Position numbers and translations under genes: made by a program. Of a stretch of DNA of 64,000 nucleotides, positions 1-14,680 are shown in pieces. Position 1 is the stretch's first letter. Each line of letters begins with the position of its first letter. The notes below the pieces were generated by a model that ran no database searches, was not told the DNA's origin, and saw only the letters and a list, made by a program, of their open reading frames with translations. The DNA comes from the human T2T-CHM13v2.0 reference genome, Homo sapiens, in the NCBI RefSeq assembly GCF_009914755.1, contig NC_060930.1. One strand, written 5' to 3'.

Positions 1-2888
1 TTTTGCTGTATGGAAGCTCTTTAATTTAATTAGGTTCCATTTGTCAATTTTTGCTTTTGTTGCAATCGCTTTTGGCATTTTCACCATAAAATCTTTGCCA
101 GTTCCTGTGTCCAAAGTGGTGTTTCCTACATTACCTTCCTGGGTTATTATAGTTTCAGGTTTTACATTTAGGTCTGTAATCCATCTTGAGTTGATTTTTT
201 ATGTGTATAAAAAAGGAGTCCAGTTTCAGCCTTCTGCATATAGCTAGCCAGTTGTCCCAGCACCCTTTTTGAATAGGGAGTCCTTTCCCCATTGCTCGTT
301 TTTGTCAGCTTTGTCAAAGATCAGGTGGTTGTATTTGTGAGGTCATATTTCTGGGTTCTGTATTCTGTTCAATTGGTCTGTGTGTCTGTTTTTGTACTAG
401 TACCATGCCATTTTGGTTACTTAGCTTTGCAGTGCAGTTCAAAGTCTGGCAGTGTGATTCCTCTGGCTTTGCTCTTTTTGTTTAGGATTGCAATGGCTAT
501 TCACGCTCTCGTTTGGTTCCATATGAACTTTAAAATAGTTTTTTTCTAGTTATGTGAAGAACATCATTGGTAGTTTGATAGGAATAGTGATGAATCTGTA
601 AATTGCTTTAGGCAGTATGGCCACTTTAATGACATTGATTCTTCCTATCCCAGAGCATGGAATGTTCTTCTATTTGTTTGTGTCATCTCTAGATTTCTTT
701 CAGCAGCCTTTTGTAATTCTCATGGTAGAGATCCTTCACCCCCTTGATTAGCTGTATTCCTTGGGATTTTATTCTTTTTGTGGCAGTTGTGAATGAGATT
801 GCATTCCTGATTTGCCTCTCGGTTCAGGTGTTGTTAGTGTATAGGAATGCTAGTGATTTTTGCACATCCCTTTTGTATCATGAAACATTGCTGAAGTTGC
901 TTATCACCTCAAGAAACTTTTGGACAGAGACTATGGGGTTTTCTAGATCTAGAATAATGTTGTCTGCAAACAGGGATAGTTTGACTTTCTCTCTTACTAT
1001 TTGGATGCCCTTTATTTCTTTCCCTTGCCTGATTGCTCTGGCCAGGACTTCCAATACTATATTGGATAGGAATAGTAAGGTGGCATCCTTGTCTTGTTCC
1101 AGTTTTCAAGGGAAATGCTTCCAGCTTCTGCCCTCAGTATGACGTTGGCTGCGGCTTTGTCCTAGATAGCACTTATTATTTTGAATTATGTGCCTTCAAT
1201 ACCTACTTTGAGAGTTTTAACATGAAAGGATGTTGAATTTTATTGAAAGCCTTTTCTGCATCTATTGGAATGATCATGTGGGTTTTGTTTTTAGTTCTAT
1301 TTACGTGATGAGTCATATTTATTAATTTGCCTATGCTGAACCAACCTTGCATCCCAGGGATAAAACCTAGTTGATCGTAGTGGATCACCTTTTTGGTGTG
1401 CTGCTTGATTCCGTTTACTAGTATTTTGTTGAAGATTTCTGCATCTATGTTAATCAAGAATATCAGCCTGAAATGTTTTATTGTTGTTGTTGTTGTGTCT
1501 CTGCCAGGTTTTGGTGTTAAGATGCTGCTTGCCTCACAGAATGAGCCAGGGATGAGTCCCTTCTTCTCAATTTTTTGGAATAGCTTCAGTAGGAATGGTA
1601 CCAGCTCTTCTTTGTACATCTGGTACAAATTGTCTGTGAATCTATCCAGTCCTGGGCTTTTTGGGGGGTTGGTAGGTTACATATTACTGATTCAATTGCA
1701 GAGCTAATTATTGGTCTATTCAGGGAATTCCATTTCTCCCTGGTTCACTTGTGGGAGGATGTATGTGTCCAGGAATGTATCCAGTTTTTCTAGATTTTGT
1801 ACTTCTTGTGCACTGAATTGTTCATAGCAGTCCCCAGTGGTTATTTATATTTCTGGGGGGGTCCGTGGTAATGTCCCCTTTGTCATTTTTATGTTTTTTG
1901 GATCTTCTCTCTTTGTTTTCTTTATTAGTCTAGCTAGCAGTCCATCTATCTTATTAATTTTTTCAAAAAAACAACTCCAGATTTGTTGATCTATTTTATG
2001 GTTTTTTGTGTCTCAATCTCCTCAGTTCAGCTTTGATTTTGGTTATTTCTCATCGTCTGCTAACTTTAGGTTTGTTTGTTCTTGCTTCTCTAGTTTTTCT
2101 AGTTGTGATGTAACATTGTTAATTTGAGATCTGTCTAACTTTTTGATGTGGGCATTTAGTGCTATAAATTACCATCTTAACATTGCCTTAGCTGTGTCTC
2201 AGAGATTCTGGTATGTTGTGTCTTTGTTCTTATTAGTTTCAAAGAAATTCTTGATTTCTGCTTAATTTCATTAGTTACCTAAGAGTTGTTTAAGAATACA
2301 TTGTTTAATTTCCATGTAATTGTATGGTTTGGGGCAATTTTCTAGGCCTTGATTTTTATTTTTCATTTTGCTGTGGTCCAAAAGTATGGTTGACATAATT
2401 TCAGTTATTTTGAGTTTGTTGACGGTTGTTTTATATCCAACTGCACGGTCAATATTAGAGTATGTACCTTGTGGTGATGAAAAGAATGTATATTCTGTCG
2501 TCTTTGGGTGGAGAGTTCTGTAGATGTCTATTAGGCCCATTTGGTCAAGTATTGAGTTCAGGTCCTGAATCTCTTTGTTAATTTCCCACCTCAGTGATCT
2601 ATCTAATACTACCAGTGGGGTTTTGAAGTCCCCCACTATTATTGTGTGTAAATCTAAGTCTCTTTGTAGGTCTCTAAGAACTTTCTTCAGGAATCTGGGT
2701 GCTACTGTGTCGGGTGCATATAGATTCGAGATAGTTAGGTCTTCTTGTTCAATTAAACTGTTTACCATTATGTAATACCCTTTTTTGTCTGTTTTGAACT
2801 GTATTGGTTTAAAGTCTGTTTGGTCTGAAATTAAAATTGCAACTCCCACTTTTTCTGTTTTTTATTTGCTTGGTAGATTTTTCTTCAT
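1..2888 (-). mobile_element. Old L1 (L1PB / old L1PA-like) ORF2 fragment, degenerate; continues beyond the window start
   Basis: ORF 2271-2849 is the L1 endonuclease region (GVAILISD...IIVGDF.TPL..LDRS...TYSNID). ORFs 1203-1628 and 909-1109 are RT-region peptides ([33 protein letters not shown]). Multiple stops and frameshifts. Confidence 0.95.
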
Positions 2889-4896
2889 TAGGGAGATTCT
2901 TACACAGCATGAGGGTAGAAGCACGATAACACGTAAGCCAGTCAAAATAGAAAATGAATGCCACATCCAGAATTATGACGTCACAAGATCTCATACTAAG
3001 TGAATGTTATGACTGTTAGGGAGAAAAAAAAATCTCCTTTGAAAAGGATTAATATTCAAATGCCTCCCTCCCAGCCTTGAATGGAAACTTACTCACTCAC
3101 CAGGTTGTGTGAGTTGAAATGAGAAATAGTCTATTTGCACTGCTACTTACTGCCTTACCACTGAACACAAAGTTAAAGATACAGCAGCATTTCACATGTG
3201 ATGGAATAAAGAGACAAGCTCATTCATTCTTAGCATCACCTGTGATCATCCTCAACCCATTAATAAACTCCTTCTAGAGCGTCAGCTAATTATCTTAAAC
3301 TCATTTGCAAGAATACAACAAATGTATTTTCAGGAACAGAGAAGAGTCTAGGAACAGAGATCTATTTCATAAAGTCTTAGGATCTGGGCTTTAATTTTTT
3401 TTGAAAAGTGTAGTAAAATTTTAAACTCATTTGTAAATCTACCTAAATGTCTTTCCAGGGAATGAAGAGGATATCACGAACACAAGTCTATTTCAAAAGC
3501 CTTATACATTTTGCTTTCAATTCTTTTAAAACCATAGTAAATATAAATTGAAACTAGCAGGCTAAGTATAAAAATAACACAGCCACTCACATTTGGCATT
3601 TCTTCCTTTTTAACAGAAATAGCATATTTGAAGCATAAGGTCAAAATGTCTTCCTTTATTTAAAGAAAATGTCAAAGATAACAGTAATTTAGGGATCAAC
3701 GGGTAAACAATGCATAGCAAATTACATCAGTAACTAGTTAAAAGCCCTATAAAAATAACTTATCCTGTATTTTTAAGTAATGGGATTCATCAAGAACTTC
3801 TAAGACATCAAAATGCTGATTCACAAAAAAAATTCTTTAAAAAGAACCAAATAAACATCTCCGCAGCCCCCACACCCAAATTAACTTCTTGTTTAGATTG
3901 AAAGGTTAAAGACATGGCAGGACACTCTTGATGAGTTCCAATGAAGGTCACAACCTCAAGGCCACAGTAAGCTCATAATGTTTGACCTAGGAATTCCTTC
4001 CTAAATAGTTTTATCTTCCTAAATCAAGGAAAAGGAATCATCCACAAGGTGTTAAATTCTTGGCCTTTTATGGAGAAGGGTAGCTTGGATAAATTCTGCA
4101 TTCAGTTACTTTTACATTAAACGGGATTTACTGGGAAGGAATGAGAGAATTTGACCAGTGGGGAATAAAGTGAGTAATTTTTATACTGATTTAAACAATG
4201 CCAAGTACTTTATGACCGAATAGCTGAAGAACAGCATTGTATAGCTCCTTAATTACCCTCACTTTTTCTTCCTTACTTGTTGGGCAAAAGGAGAAAACAT
4301 TAGCTAATAATTCAGTTCACAAGAACAAATGTGATTGCACTGACTCATTAGGGCTTGTGGCCAGATATGTGTGAATGCTGAGTGCCTTGAGTTAGAGATA
4401 GTTGAGAATGAAGGGAAACCAAGAATGGACATGTGATGAATTCACTGCGACTTTGTACATTTATTTTTCCCAGATTAAAACTACTGTGAATCAGTTTGTT
4501 TTAATGAAAAGCACAATAACATATGGAGAAATAAGATGGATTTTCTCTTACCTAGATTCGTTTGACCAATAAATTAGTTATTAATAGCCTGTTAGCATGA
4601 TACTGTTATCTGAGGCACTATAAATAAGAATTATATAATAGATTCAGGAAGTTAAAATCTCAAATAGGTATTACTGTTGTGCCCTCAGTTTCAACAATAG
4701 TGCCTCACTTATAGTATGTGTTCAGGAAATACTTGTTAAGTGGGTTCTGTCGCAGAGGAAACAACAGCAATATTTCTCAATACATAGACATTTTAACAAG
4801 AGAGACAGAAAGCAGTAATATCTGGAAAAATCAAAGAATTCTTGCTAAGACTGTTATATGAAAACTTTTCAAAAATGAAATGGCTAATGATTCATC

Positions 4897-5231
4897 CCTA
4901 TGAATCACTAAGCATATATAGTCCCTTCCAATGTCTTATCGGGTGCAACTGGAAACCCAATTAAGCTGAGAAACTAAGATGTCTCCTAGTGTTGTAGAGA
5001 GAGACTCTTGCTTATCTAAGAAGAAATACATAATATGGCATTCTGATACCTAAAAAGGTGAGGGAGAACAGACCTTTCTAGAAATCCAAAAAGTAATATC
5101 CAGTATTATCTGTGGTACCCTATACCTGTATTATTCTATTCATTGGGGTTCCTATGAATCACTGGACATATATAGTCCCTTGCAATGTCTTCTTGGGTGC
5201 AACTGGAAACCCAACTAAGCTGGGAAACTAA
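4897..5231 (+). repeat. Local direct duplication, two 81-bp copies (4897-4977 and 5151-5231)
   Basis: cctatgaatcact...gggtgcaactggaaaccca...aaactaa occurs twice; 73/81 identical by manual alignment. Confidence 0.9.
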
Positions 5232-7035
5232 ATATTATGCATGTCTACCGATAGCAAAACTGAGAGCAAAGCATATATTTAATTTGATATAGGATGAAGA
5301 AACAAAGCGATTTGTCAATGTGTTTTATAAAGTGTTTTGTTTATCTTGATGCATGGTAGATGCATCTAGGACCCACGTCTTTGTCTCTTAGGATGAAAAG
5401 ATTGGTTGTATTATGCACAACAGAGCTACAAGTCAATCTGTCTCTCCACCACATAGCTCAACAAACCCATCCCATTAGGGCCAGTTGGACATCCACCAGA
5501 ACACCCTATGCATCGCCATACATTATGCCAACTCCATACACTATGCCAAGAGGACCTCCATGTACCTGGAAATGAATTCTCCTCTACAATGGATATCTTT
5601 GACATAGCTTCCAGGTGGATTACCCTCAGCAGTGGTACTGAGGGAGAACTGGAAAGCCCTTCCTCTCTAGCTTCTGACTATAACCCTGGTTGGGACCAGG
5701 AATCTTTAGGGCAGAATTAAATAGGAATAGACACTTGGCCCCAAGCCAGATACATAAGTGCTGGATGTTCCTGGTTGATGTAGAATTAGTTGATAAACAT
5801 AAAGAACATAGCCCTACCATGAACTCCGAGATCTTAATTTGGCTGTAGAGAGGAGATAATGGTATGCTATATTGTATTCCAAGCCCACTTGGGATACGAA
5901 GAAGGAAATTCTCCATGTCTACATATTTTAAATTCATCTGGAACAAGGCAATACCTAACTAAATAACTGACACTCTTAAGAAAACTGTACATGACTTGAA
6001 AAGGCTGATTTTTTTTTTTTTGCAACTGGGAAAGTATTACAAAGAATTTGTTAGTCTACATAAATAAGACTTAATATTAATAAAAGACATATTGTGTGCT
6101 AGACACTTTCCTGTGTTCTTTGTAGAGACCCATTGAATCATTACTATATCCCTACAAGATAGATACTGTCATATGCCTTCAGAAACTGAGACAGAGGCTA
6201 AATTTGCTCAAGGACATTATTAATTGATAAGGCCAAGATTTAAATCCAAATAGTAAGTTGCATACCTTTGCTCTTAACCATTAAGCTAAGTCATATTTCT
6301 AGATTATAATGTCTCCAAGGGATATCCCACAAAAGTATAGAAGAAGAAAACCACCTCAAACCAATGATGGTTGTGAGTTAAACCTCACATTTTGTGTAAT
6401 TATAGTTGGTACATATGAAACATACTGTGTTTTGTTCAACTTGTGGTTGCAAATGTTTGGTTGGTTAAAGTATCATTTTTAACTCTGAGGGTTGATGATG
6501 CTTTTAGTTCTTGAAAAGAAATAGCATGTGTTGATTTGATAACAGTATTTATTCTATAAAATCTGTACCCAAATATATTGAGGAAGTCATTAAAAAAATA
6601 TTCCTTCAAAACCAACTAGATAAAAGATGCAATAATCTCTAGTTTGCTCCATGCTTTCTAAAGCTAGCTTTCTAAACTCAGTGGCTTTAAAATCCCTTGG
6701 CCTGGTTCATCACCAGCTAGGTACCCAACTCCAAAACCAATTCTGGTCACAAGAAGGGGATTACAGCAAAAGTCTGATAAAAGATGTCCCCTGGCATTGC
6801 ATAGAGATTGTTGCTAAGGGCTCCATTCTGTGGTTTTATCCGCTTCTCTGGTAACTGTTTCCTACCAAGCAAAACTCTTTATACTCTGCCTCTTTAGTGA
6901 ATCACTATCCTGTCTTAAAGCTCCATCTCTGGTGAATGAAGCTCTTACTTATTCCTGTAGTTTCTTTATGATAAGGTTGCTGATATTTTATAGTTGCATC
7001 ATTGTGCAAGGAGGACAGGAGTTAGAGTTAGAAGT

Positions 7036-7655
7036 ACACTGTTGGTAGGAGTGTAAATTAGTTCAACCATTGTGGAAGACAGTGTGGCGATTCCTCAAGG
7101 ATCTAGAACCAGAAATACCATTTGACCCAGTAATCCCATTACTGGGTATGTACCCAAAGGATTATAAATCATGCTACTAGAAAGACACATGCACACCTGT
7201 GTTTATTGCAGCACTGTTCACAATAGCAAATACTTGGAACCAACCCAAATGCCCATCAATGATAGACTGGATAAAGAAAATGTGGCACATATACACCACG
7301 GAATACTACGCATCCATAAAAAAGGATGAGTTCATGTCCTTTGCAGGGACATGGATGAAGCTGGAAACCATCATTCTCAGCAAACTAACATAGGAACAGA
7401 AAACCAAACACTACATGTTCTCACTCATAAGTGAGAGTTGAACAATGAGAACATGTGGACACAGGGAGGGGAACATCACACACTGGGGCCTGTCAGGGGG
7501 TGGGGGGCTAGGGGAGGGAAAGCATCAGGAGAAATACCTAATGCAGATGATGGGTTGATGGGTGCAGCAAACCACCATGGCATGTGTATACCTATGTAAC
7601 AAACCTGCATGTTCTGCACATGAATCCCAGAACTTAAAGTATAATAATAAAAAAA
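7036..7655 (+). mobile_element. L1PA 3' end (5'-truncated) with A-rich tail
   Basis: Canonical L1 ORF2 C-terminus (MFIAALFTIA.TWNQPKCPSMIDWIKKMWHIYT) and 3' UTR ending aacttaaagtataataataaaaaaa. Confidence 0.95.
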
Positions 7656-9166
7656 CAAGTCCTGGAACTAGCGCCTAGATTTGATAGTTGTTAGCTGAGT
7701 AAACTTTAGTGAGTTACTTAATCTCCCTTACTTTTAGTTCCTACACCTGCAAGATAGTAGTGCTCATAATAATGGACTTGGTAGCTTTGAGTAAACTACC
7801 AATACCTTCAGATTAGAAGTTACATCTGATGCATTTTTGTGTCCCTAGCAGCCAGTCCATAGTCAGTGTTCCTAAGTGAGTGTATGCTGTGTTCATACAT
7901 GAGAGAATAAACAAATAATCTTCATCTTGGTGCTGTGGTTCTTCCTAAAACAAAGTTCCAGACTTTCTCAGTCTGGCATCTCCTGTTGGCTCCCAATTCT
8001 TGATTTACCCTGACATGCAAAGGTAAATCAGTATTGCTAAAAGTTTTTGGAGCTGGGTTCCATCTCACCAGGTAGTATGGAGAACTGAAGACCTGATCTG
8101 ATATTTTCTGTTTGTTTAATTTTTTCTCCTGCATTATCCCCTACTTTTAAAACAAGCAAATCTCAAATCATCATCATAAAAATTAAATTCTGCTCTGATG
8201 GACAGCTTTGTTTCTTTTGCATTAAAGAGTCAGCCACCACTAAAACCTCTAAGGCAATCTTCTGGGCAAATGCTGATGGTTGTACTGAAATACATGAGCA
8301 AACAGGCTCGGAGATGGGCTGATGGTTTCCTTACTAGAGCCACATTGCATTATGAGTTGGCAGAAAGTTAGGTCAGATACAGCCAATACCTGGAAAAGTC
8401 ACAGAAGCATCCAAATACTGTTGTATATAGCAGAAAACCAAAGTCTGGAACTGAATTCCCCCCATACTATGCACTCCAACAACACACAGTTGGAGAAGGA
8501 GACAGCAGCCCTCATTACGCTTGCGAGTGCATCCTCGGGAAACATGGCACCAATGTAGCATCAAAACAGAGATGAAAATCCATGTCTCCTAAGCTGGCGT
8601 GTCCATGCAATTACCTTAATGCATCCCAGATTTGAACCCATCATTGATGTTCCCATTAGTTACTGGACCGATTCCACTAGCACCACCAAAGCACCATTCT
8701 CCAAGTCAAATGGCAGTGTCAAATCTCCACCAGCAGGCCTTGGAGTGTGTCCAGCTTTCAGATGTTGAAGCAAATCTAATCAAATGACAGCACTTTGGGG
8801 AAATGGTTTGTCAGCAGAATGGATGAAAAGGCAATTCTACAAGATTTTATGATAATCTACAGAGGGTAAAAAGGACAGAAAGTGATAGAGCAAGATATTG
8901 CAACTCCAGCAAATACTTACTGAGCCACTGCATGTGTCTGTCATTGTTCTCAGCGATACTGGGCTTCAAAACATGACAGTGCACAACCTTTGCCTTCAAG
9001 GAGACTGCAACATAGAAGGGAACTGCTTCTAGAGAAGGTGAAGAGGAAGGACCACTTAAGAACTTTGAGGTTAAAAGAACTAGATGAAAATCACAGCTCT
9101 GACTCTTACTTGCTTAAGTTATGAGGCAAATTATTTAAATTTCTAAGCGTCTGCTTCCTCCTCTAT

Positions 9167-9201
<35 letters not shown>
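9167..9201 (+). repeat. (TAA)n microsatellite
   Basis: About 11 TAA units. Confidence 0.95.
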
Positions 9202-9203
<2 letters not shown>

Positions 9204-10155
9204 CATACTCTTTAGTAGACAGAAAAGGGAAAACTTGTTTGCTATATGGATTACAAATAAAACTGGGTTAAGCGAACTCCAAATGGATGGGTAGAGTAAA
9301 TGTATAGTTAATAGCAAATTGTAACCTTAGAAGAAAAAAAGTAAGAGACTATCTTTATGATCAAGAGTGCACATCCTGCACATGTACTCCGGAACTTAAA
9401 ATAAACGAATACAGAAGAAAGTTTTTTCAACATAACTCCAAAAAAACATAAACCACAAGGTGAAAATGTTATGACAACATTGCAATTAAGGGTATCAATT
9501 TAATAAGAGTCAACAAAGAAAAATTGGCAGATGAGTAATTAAAAAAAGGTACTGAATAGGCAGATGACAGATTGAGATAAGATATTGGCAAAATTGGACA
9601 TCATTAAGGTACAAATACCTAGAATTCACTAGAAAGGTCCACATATTAACAAGAAAAATACAGAAAGCTCAATAGAAAGCAGACAAAATATGTGAACAAA
9701 CTACTCTCAGAAGGAGAAACCTCAGTGGCAGTAAGTATTGAAAGAACACTCAAATATATTTGTAATTAGAGAAAGTAAATTAAAACAATGAGCCATCATT
9801 TGAAATGCATCATATTGTCAAAAATTAGAAAACTGGATCATGCTACATGTAGGAGAGTATGTGAGAAAACAGGATCCTCATGCACCATCGGTGGGTGAAA
9901 GGCTCATTTAGCTATTCAGCAACTGCTTAGTCAAGTAAAGCACAACTGTACATGGTGACCCAGCAATCCCACTCCTAGGTGTATTTCCCAGAGAAATTCT
10001 CATATAGGACCCTGAAGGGATATATTGACTTCAATGTTGTTTCTGCTAGTGGAATTGGAAGTTATCCACCCTCCTCCACTGAAAAGCGTGAATGGACACA
10101 ATGAAACAGTGCACAGATATTAGAATGTATTAGAATATTACACTCATTATATTAG

Positions 10156-10497
<342 letters not shown>

Positions 10498-10593
10498 AAC
10501 ATGGAGATATCTTAAAGGCATAGGGTTGAAGACATGAGAAACAGAATGATATCTACAGTTGAATGCCTTTCATGTAAACCCATATGAAACAAC

Positions 10594-10627
10594 AGTACCT
10601 CCTTTTAATAAGTACCTCCTTTTAATA
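10594..10627 (+). repeat. 17-bp tandem duplication agtacctccttttaata x2
   Basis: Perfect adjacent copies. Confidence 0.9.
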
Positions 10628-11897
10628 ATGACCCAAAACTCAAGAACACAAACATGTTGTGATGGTTACATACCCATTTTATTTATCTTTGTATCTCTAG
10701 AGCCTAGCAGAATGGTTGGTGCCCGATAAATATTTGCTGAGCAAATCCATAATTCAATGCAGAGAACAAAGATAGGGGACATTCAAAGAGATTCCAAACC
10801 TTTGAGTGGATGGGACAGCAGATATCATTTGCAAATAAGACGTGTTTCTCAGAACAGGGGACAGATCCAGTTGATGGGGAAGGTCTGCACGTTCAGCTCC
10901 ATATCTTTTGACTTTGAGGTACAGATAAAGAGCCAGTAGTCCACCTAAGTCTAGTACTCAGGAAGAATTTAGAATTGGGTCTCAGCTGCCAATAGATGAT
11001 AGTTTTAGAAGTAAAAGGAAGAGAATAAAGTAGCAGGTAGAGGGGCAGTGGGACCAATGGTAATGCTGGCATAATATTAAAACAGTACAAGAAGGGAATG
11101 ACGTGTGGTTAAAGGACATAAGAACTGATCAGTAGAGGGGAAAAGATTATTTAATCTTATCTGTGGATGGAGGGGTGAGTTGAAGTGATATGAGAGGGAT
11201 ACAGTAGTAACCTCTTACTACTGTATATACACTCCTAAATAACCCAAGCCATTTGTTTCAAAGTGCTTGCCCTATTGTTTGTTTTAACTATTGAGGAGCA
11301 AAATAAAAATTGGCATATTTGGGAAAAGAAAGGGAGAATGAGCAGAAAGGTCAGAAATCAAATTAAAAATAAGAATAACAATCTCTATCCCCAAATCCAT
11401 AGATGGAATTATCTAGAGGAGACTTCTGAGGCCTGATAAATCCCCAAACAACTTTAATTTAAAATACCCTGAGAACTGCTGTTCTTATGTTATTCCCTAG
11501 GTTCCAATCTGCTATCAGCCACAATCAGAAAGGTACCCAAGATAAAGATAAATTTAAGATTTACTATTATTGAGCCCAATTCTCCTGTTCTAGCTCCACA
11601 GGGTGCAACAAATGTTTCTCCCAAAGTAGCAAAAAGAAAAAAAAAGAAACTCTTCCACCTGTGCTCTTGTAGGAGACCCCACATTTCAGAAAGCCTCAGC
11701 TAAATTCATAGCTTCGTTCCCAGACAGGTTTATCCCACATGACATATTGGCCACGTCAAAGAACTGCACCTCTCAGACACTTAGAATTCATGCCTACTAA
11801 ATACTCCTAACAGGCTATCTGCTGGATTTAAGATTATTATTAAGGTGGTCATCCCAATAATTTAGCCACGAAAAGGTTTGAAGAAAAGAGATGTTTG

Positions 11898-11925
11898 GCT
11901 AGAGATGTTACGCTAGAGATGTTAC
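11898..11925 (+). repeat. 14-bp tandem duplication gctagagatgttac x2
   Basis: Perfect adjacent copies. Confidence 0.9.
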
Positions 11926-12374
11926 GCGGAAAGAATATATGTGCTTAGGAACTGATTTGATTTGGGGGGAACGTTGTGATCTCAAATTCAAGAATGTGTG
12001 AAGGAGAACAATAATTTACTGATAGAAAGTATGACAGACTGAAGGAAGAGGAAAAGAACTCATTGTTATTTAGAAAATGGGTTGATGGCAGATGTCCCCT
12101 TGTTATAGTCAGACAAACAGAAAGGTTCATGCTTTGCCCAAATTCATGTGCATTGAAACATTTGTAGAATTTTATGAACTATCATCAAATAATAGGAAAC
12201 TATGAAGAAGCACACATATCAGTTCCTGTCTACATGAGAGAAGCTTTACAATCGTTGTAAAACTAATGCTAGACTTATAATGAATGGGCTAGGAAGATGA
12301 ACTCATCTTGCTTCAAATTCCAGCCATAGTCTGTACAGGGATGTGAGAAAGAAGTACTACCTAAGAGTGTTTCT

Positions 12375-12705
<331 letters not shown>

Positions 12706-13698
12706 CTAATGTCACATCTGAGTTTCACTGTAGCTAAAAAAATGGACATCATTGGGTGGATGGCCCTCTAATGGGCTGTATCTTTCAAGCACTGGGGGAT
12801 CCTGGAATTAAATGGAAAAGAAGAAGATGAACAGTCACTTACGGGAACTGGCGTTGTCATGCCCCTTACTACAAACCATTGATATGCCCAGTACTGCAAA
12901 CCACTAGTATACCTGAGGAGAGAGAATCAATAAAGATGATACTGTGATTAGAAAAAAAATTTTATTTTAACTATGATGATAGCCTGGGTTTTTTTCTGAG
13001 AATTTTAAGTTGTCTGTGAGATTAATGTATACATGTGCATGTAACGTATTCCATGTGGTTTTGATACAACAGTCACTCGCTGAACATCAGGGAAAAGAAG
13101 AGACAAAGCTGTACTTCAGCTGACAGAAGAGGAATGCAGTTTGAAGATAAAAATGCACAACAGACTCTGGTTTCATTCTACACCCACTAAAGCCATCTTT
13201 GAGTAACTTTCTGCTGAGGTCTATATGGGCCTGTAAATTAGTCAAGTGGGGATCGTAGGATAAAACCCTATAGGTAGAGGGTGGAGAGTAAAAATGGACA
13301 CTACGAAGGTTGATGACAGGCCTGACTGCACTAGCACAGATTTATGACAGGCCAGTAAAGAGAAAAGGGGTGGGGCCCGACCCACAGCATTCATCTACTG
13401 AGGTCAGCACAGAAGTAGCACAATTGAGAAAAGCAGGGATTCCAAAGGTCCCCGTGGTAATCAGCAGTCGCAGAGTACATGGGATCCAAGGGGAGCTGGT
13501 AGGCTCCAATAGGAGCATGTTGACTTGGGGGAAAAAAAAAAACATCTCCATAGATGGAAATTCAGGAGGAGAAGTGAAAGGACACCTGTTTTACCAAGAC
13601 ATAAGAGGGTGAAATGGCTTTTGAGTATATATGTTAGGGGGGAAAGGATAAAGACACTGATGGTTGATTTGTTCCCTTTTAGTGCAACATACACTTGA

Positions 13699-13990
<292 letters not shown>

Positions 13991-14299
13991 CACACTTGAA
14001 CATTCTTGAACGATATACCCTGACACCTTTGGAATTTTCCCAATTTAAAATTACTTTCACAGCAAATTATATCACTTCCATAGATGTATTGTAGATATTA
14101 GCAACTTCATCTGGATGTTTTGAACATTAAATAAGATGATGTATCCTATAGGTATAGACATGGCAGTCTGAACAGGCTACGTCATCACTAGCTAAGAGAT
14201 CTCTTCCATATGTTAGCCCCACTGCAAGCAATTTTTAAAATAGTTTACCAAAAAAATCATAAATTTTGAGTGACCGTAGGCTTTCAAGGCTGATTATGG

Positions 14300-14680
14300 T
14301 ATTAATTAAGGTAGGCTGGGTTATGTTATGGTAACAACTCCCACATTTCAATGACTTCACACAATATACGATATTCTTGTTCATGCAAAGTTTGCTACAG
14401 GATAGTTGCTCCAGAGTGGCTCTCTTCCATAGGAAGACTCAGTAATCTAAGCAACTTTGATCTGTTCATCCTGCAATCTCAATACAGGCCTCTTCCATAA
14501 CCACTAGCTAGAGGAAAGGAGAGAGGGGATGTCACACTGGTGATTAAATGCTTTGAGCAGGAAGGACACACATCTCTTTCTGTTCTTAATCAATTGGCCA
14601 GAGGAATTCAGACCAACTACAAAGGGAATAGGTAGTCTTCCATGTGTCTGGCAATAAAACAGAATATTGGAGAGCAGAGT
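14300..14680. mobile_element. Old MaLR LTR (MLT1-like), degenerate
   Basis: gtaggctgggttatgttatggtaacaactcccacatttcaatgacttc... and caattggccaga motifs typical of MLT1. Confidence 0.55.

Noticed and set aside
744-2849. ORFs of up to 192 aa with endonuclease/RT similarity
   Set aside because: Broken fragments of a dead L1 ORF2 or its antisense frames; not a functional or domesticated gene.
5360-5720. Overlapping plus-strand ORFs (Pro-rich; acidic C-terminus) that might be a processed pseudogene
   Set aside because: No parent protein recognised, no poly(A) or TSD, and stops in the upstream frames.
13310-13612. 100-aa plus-strand ORF and a minus-strand acceptor-like tttttcccccaAG
   Set aside because: No homology recognised and no matching donor; cannot be supported without expression data.
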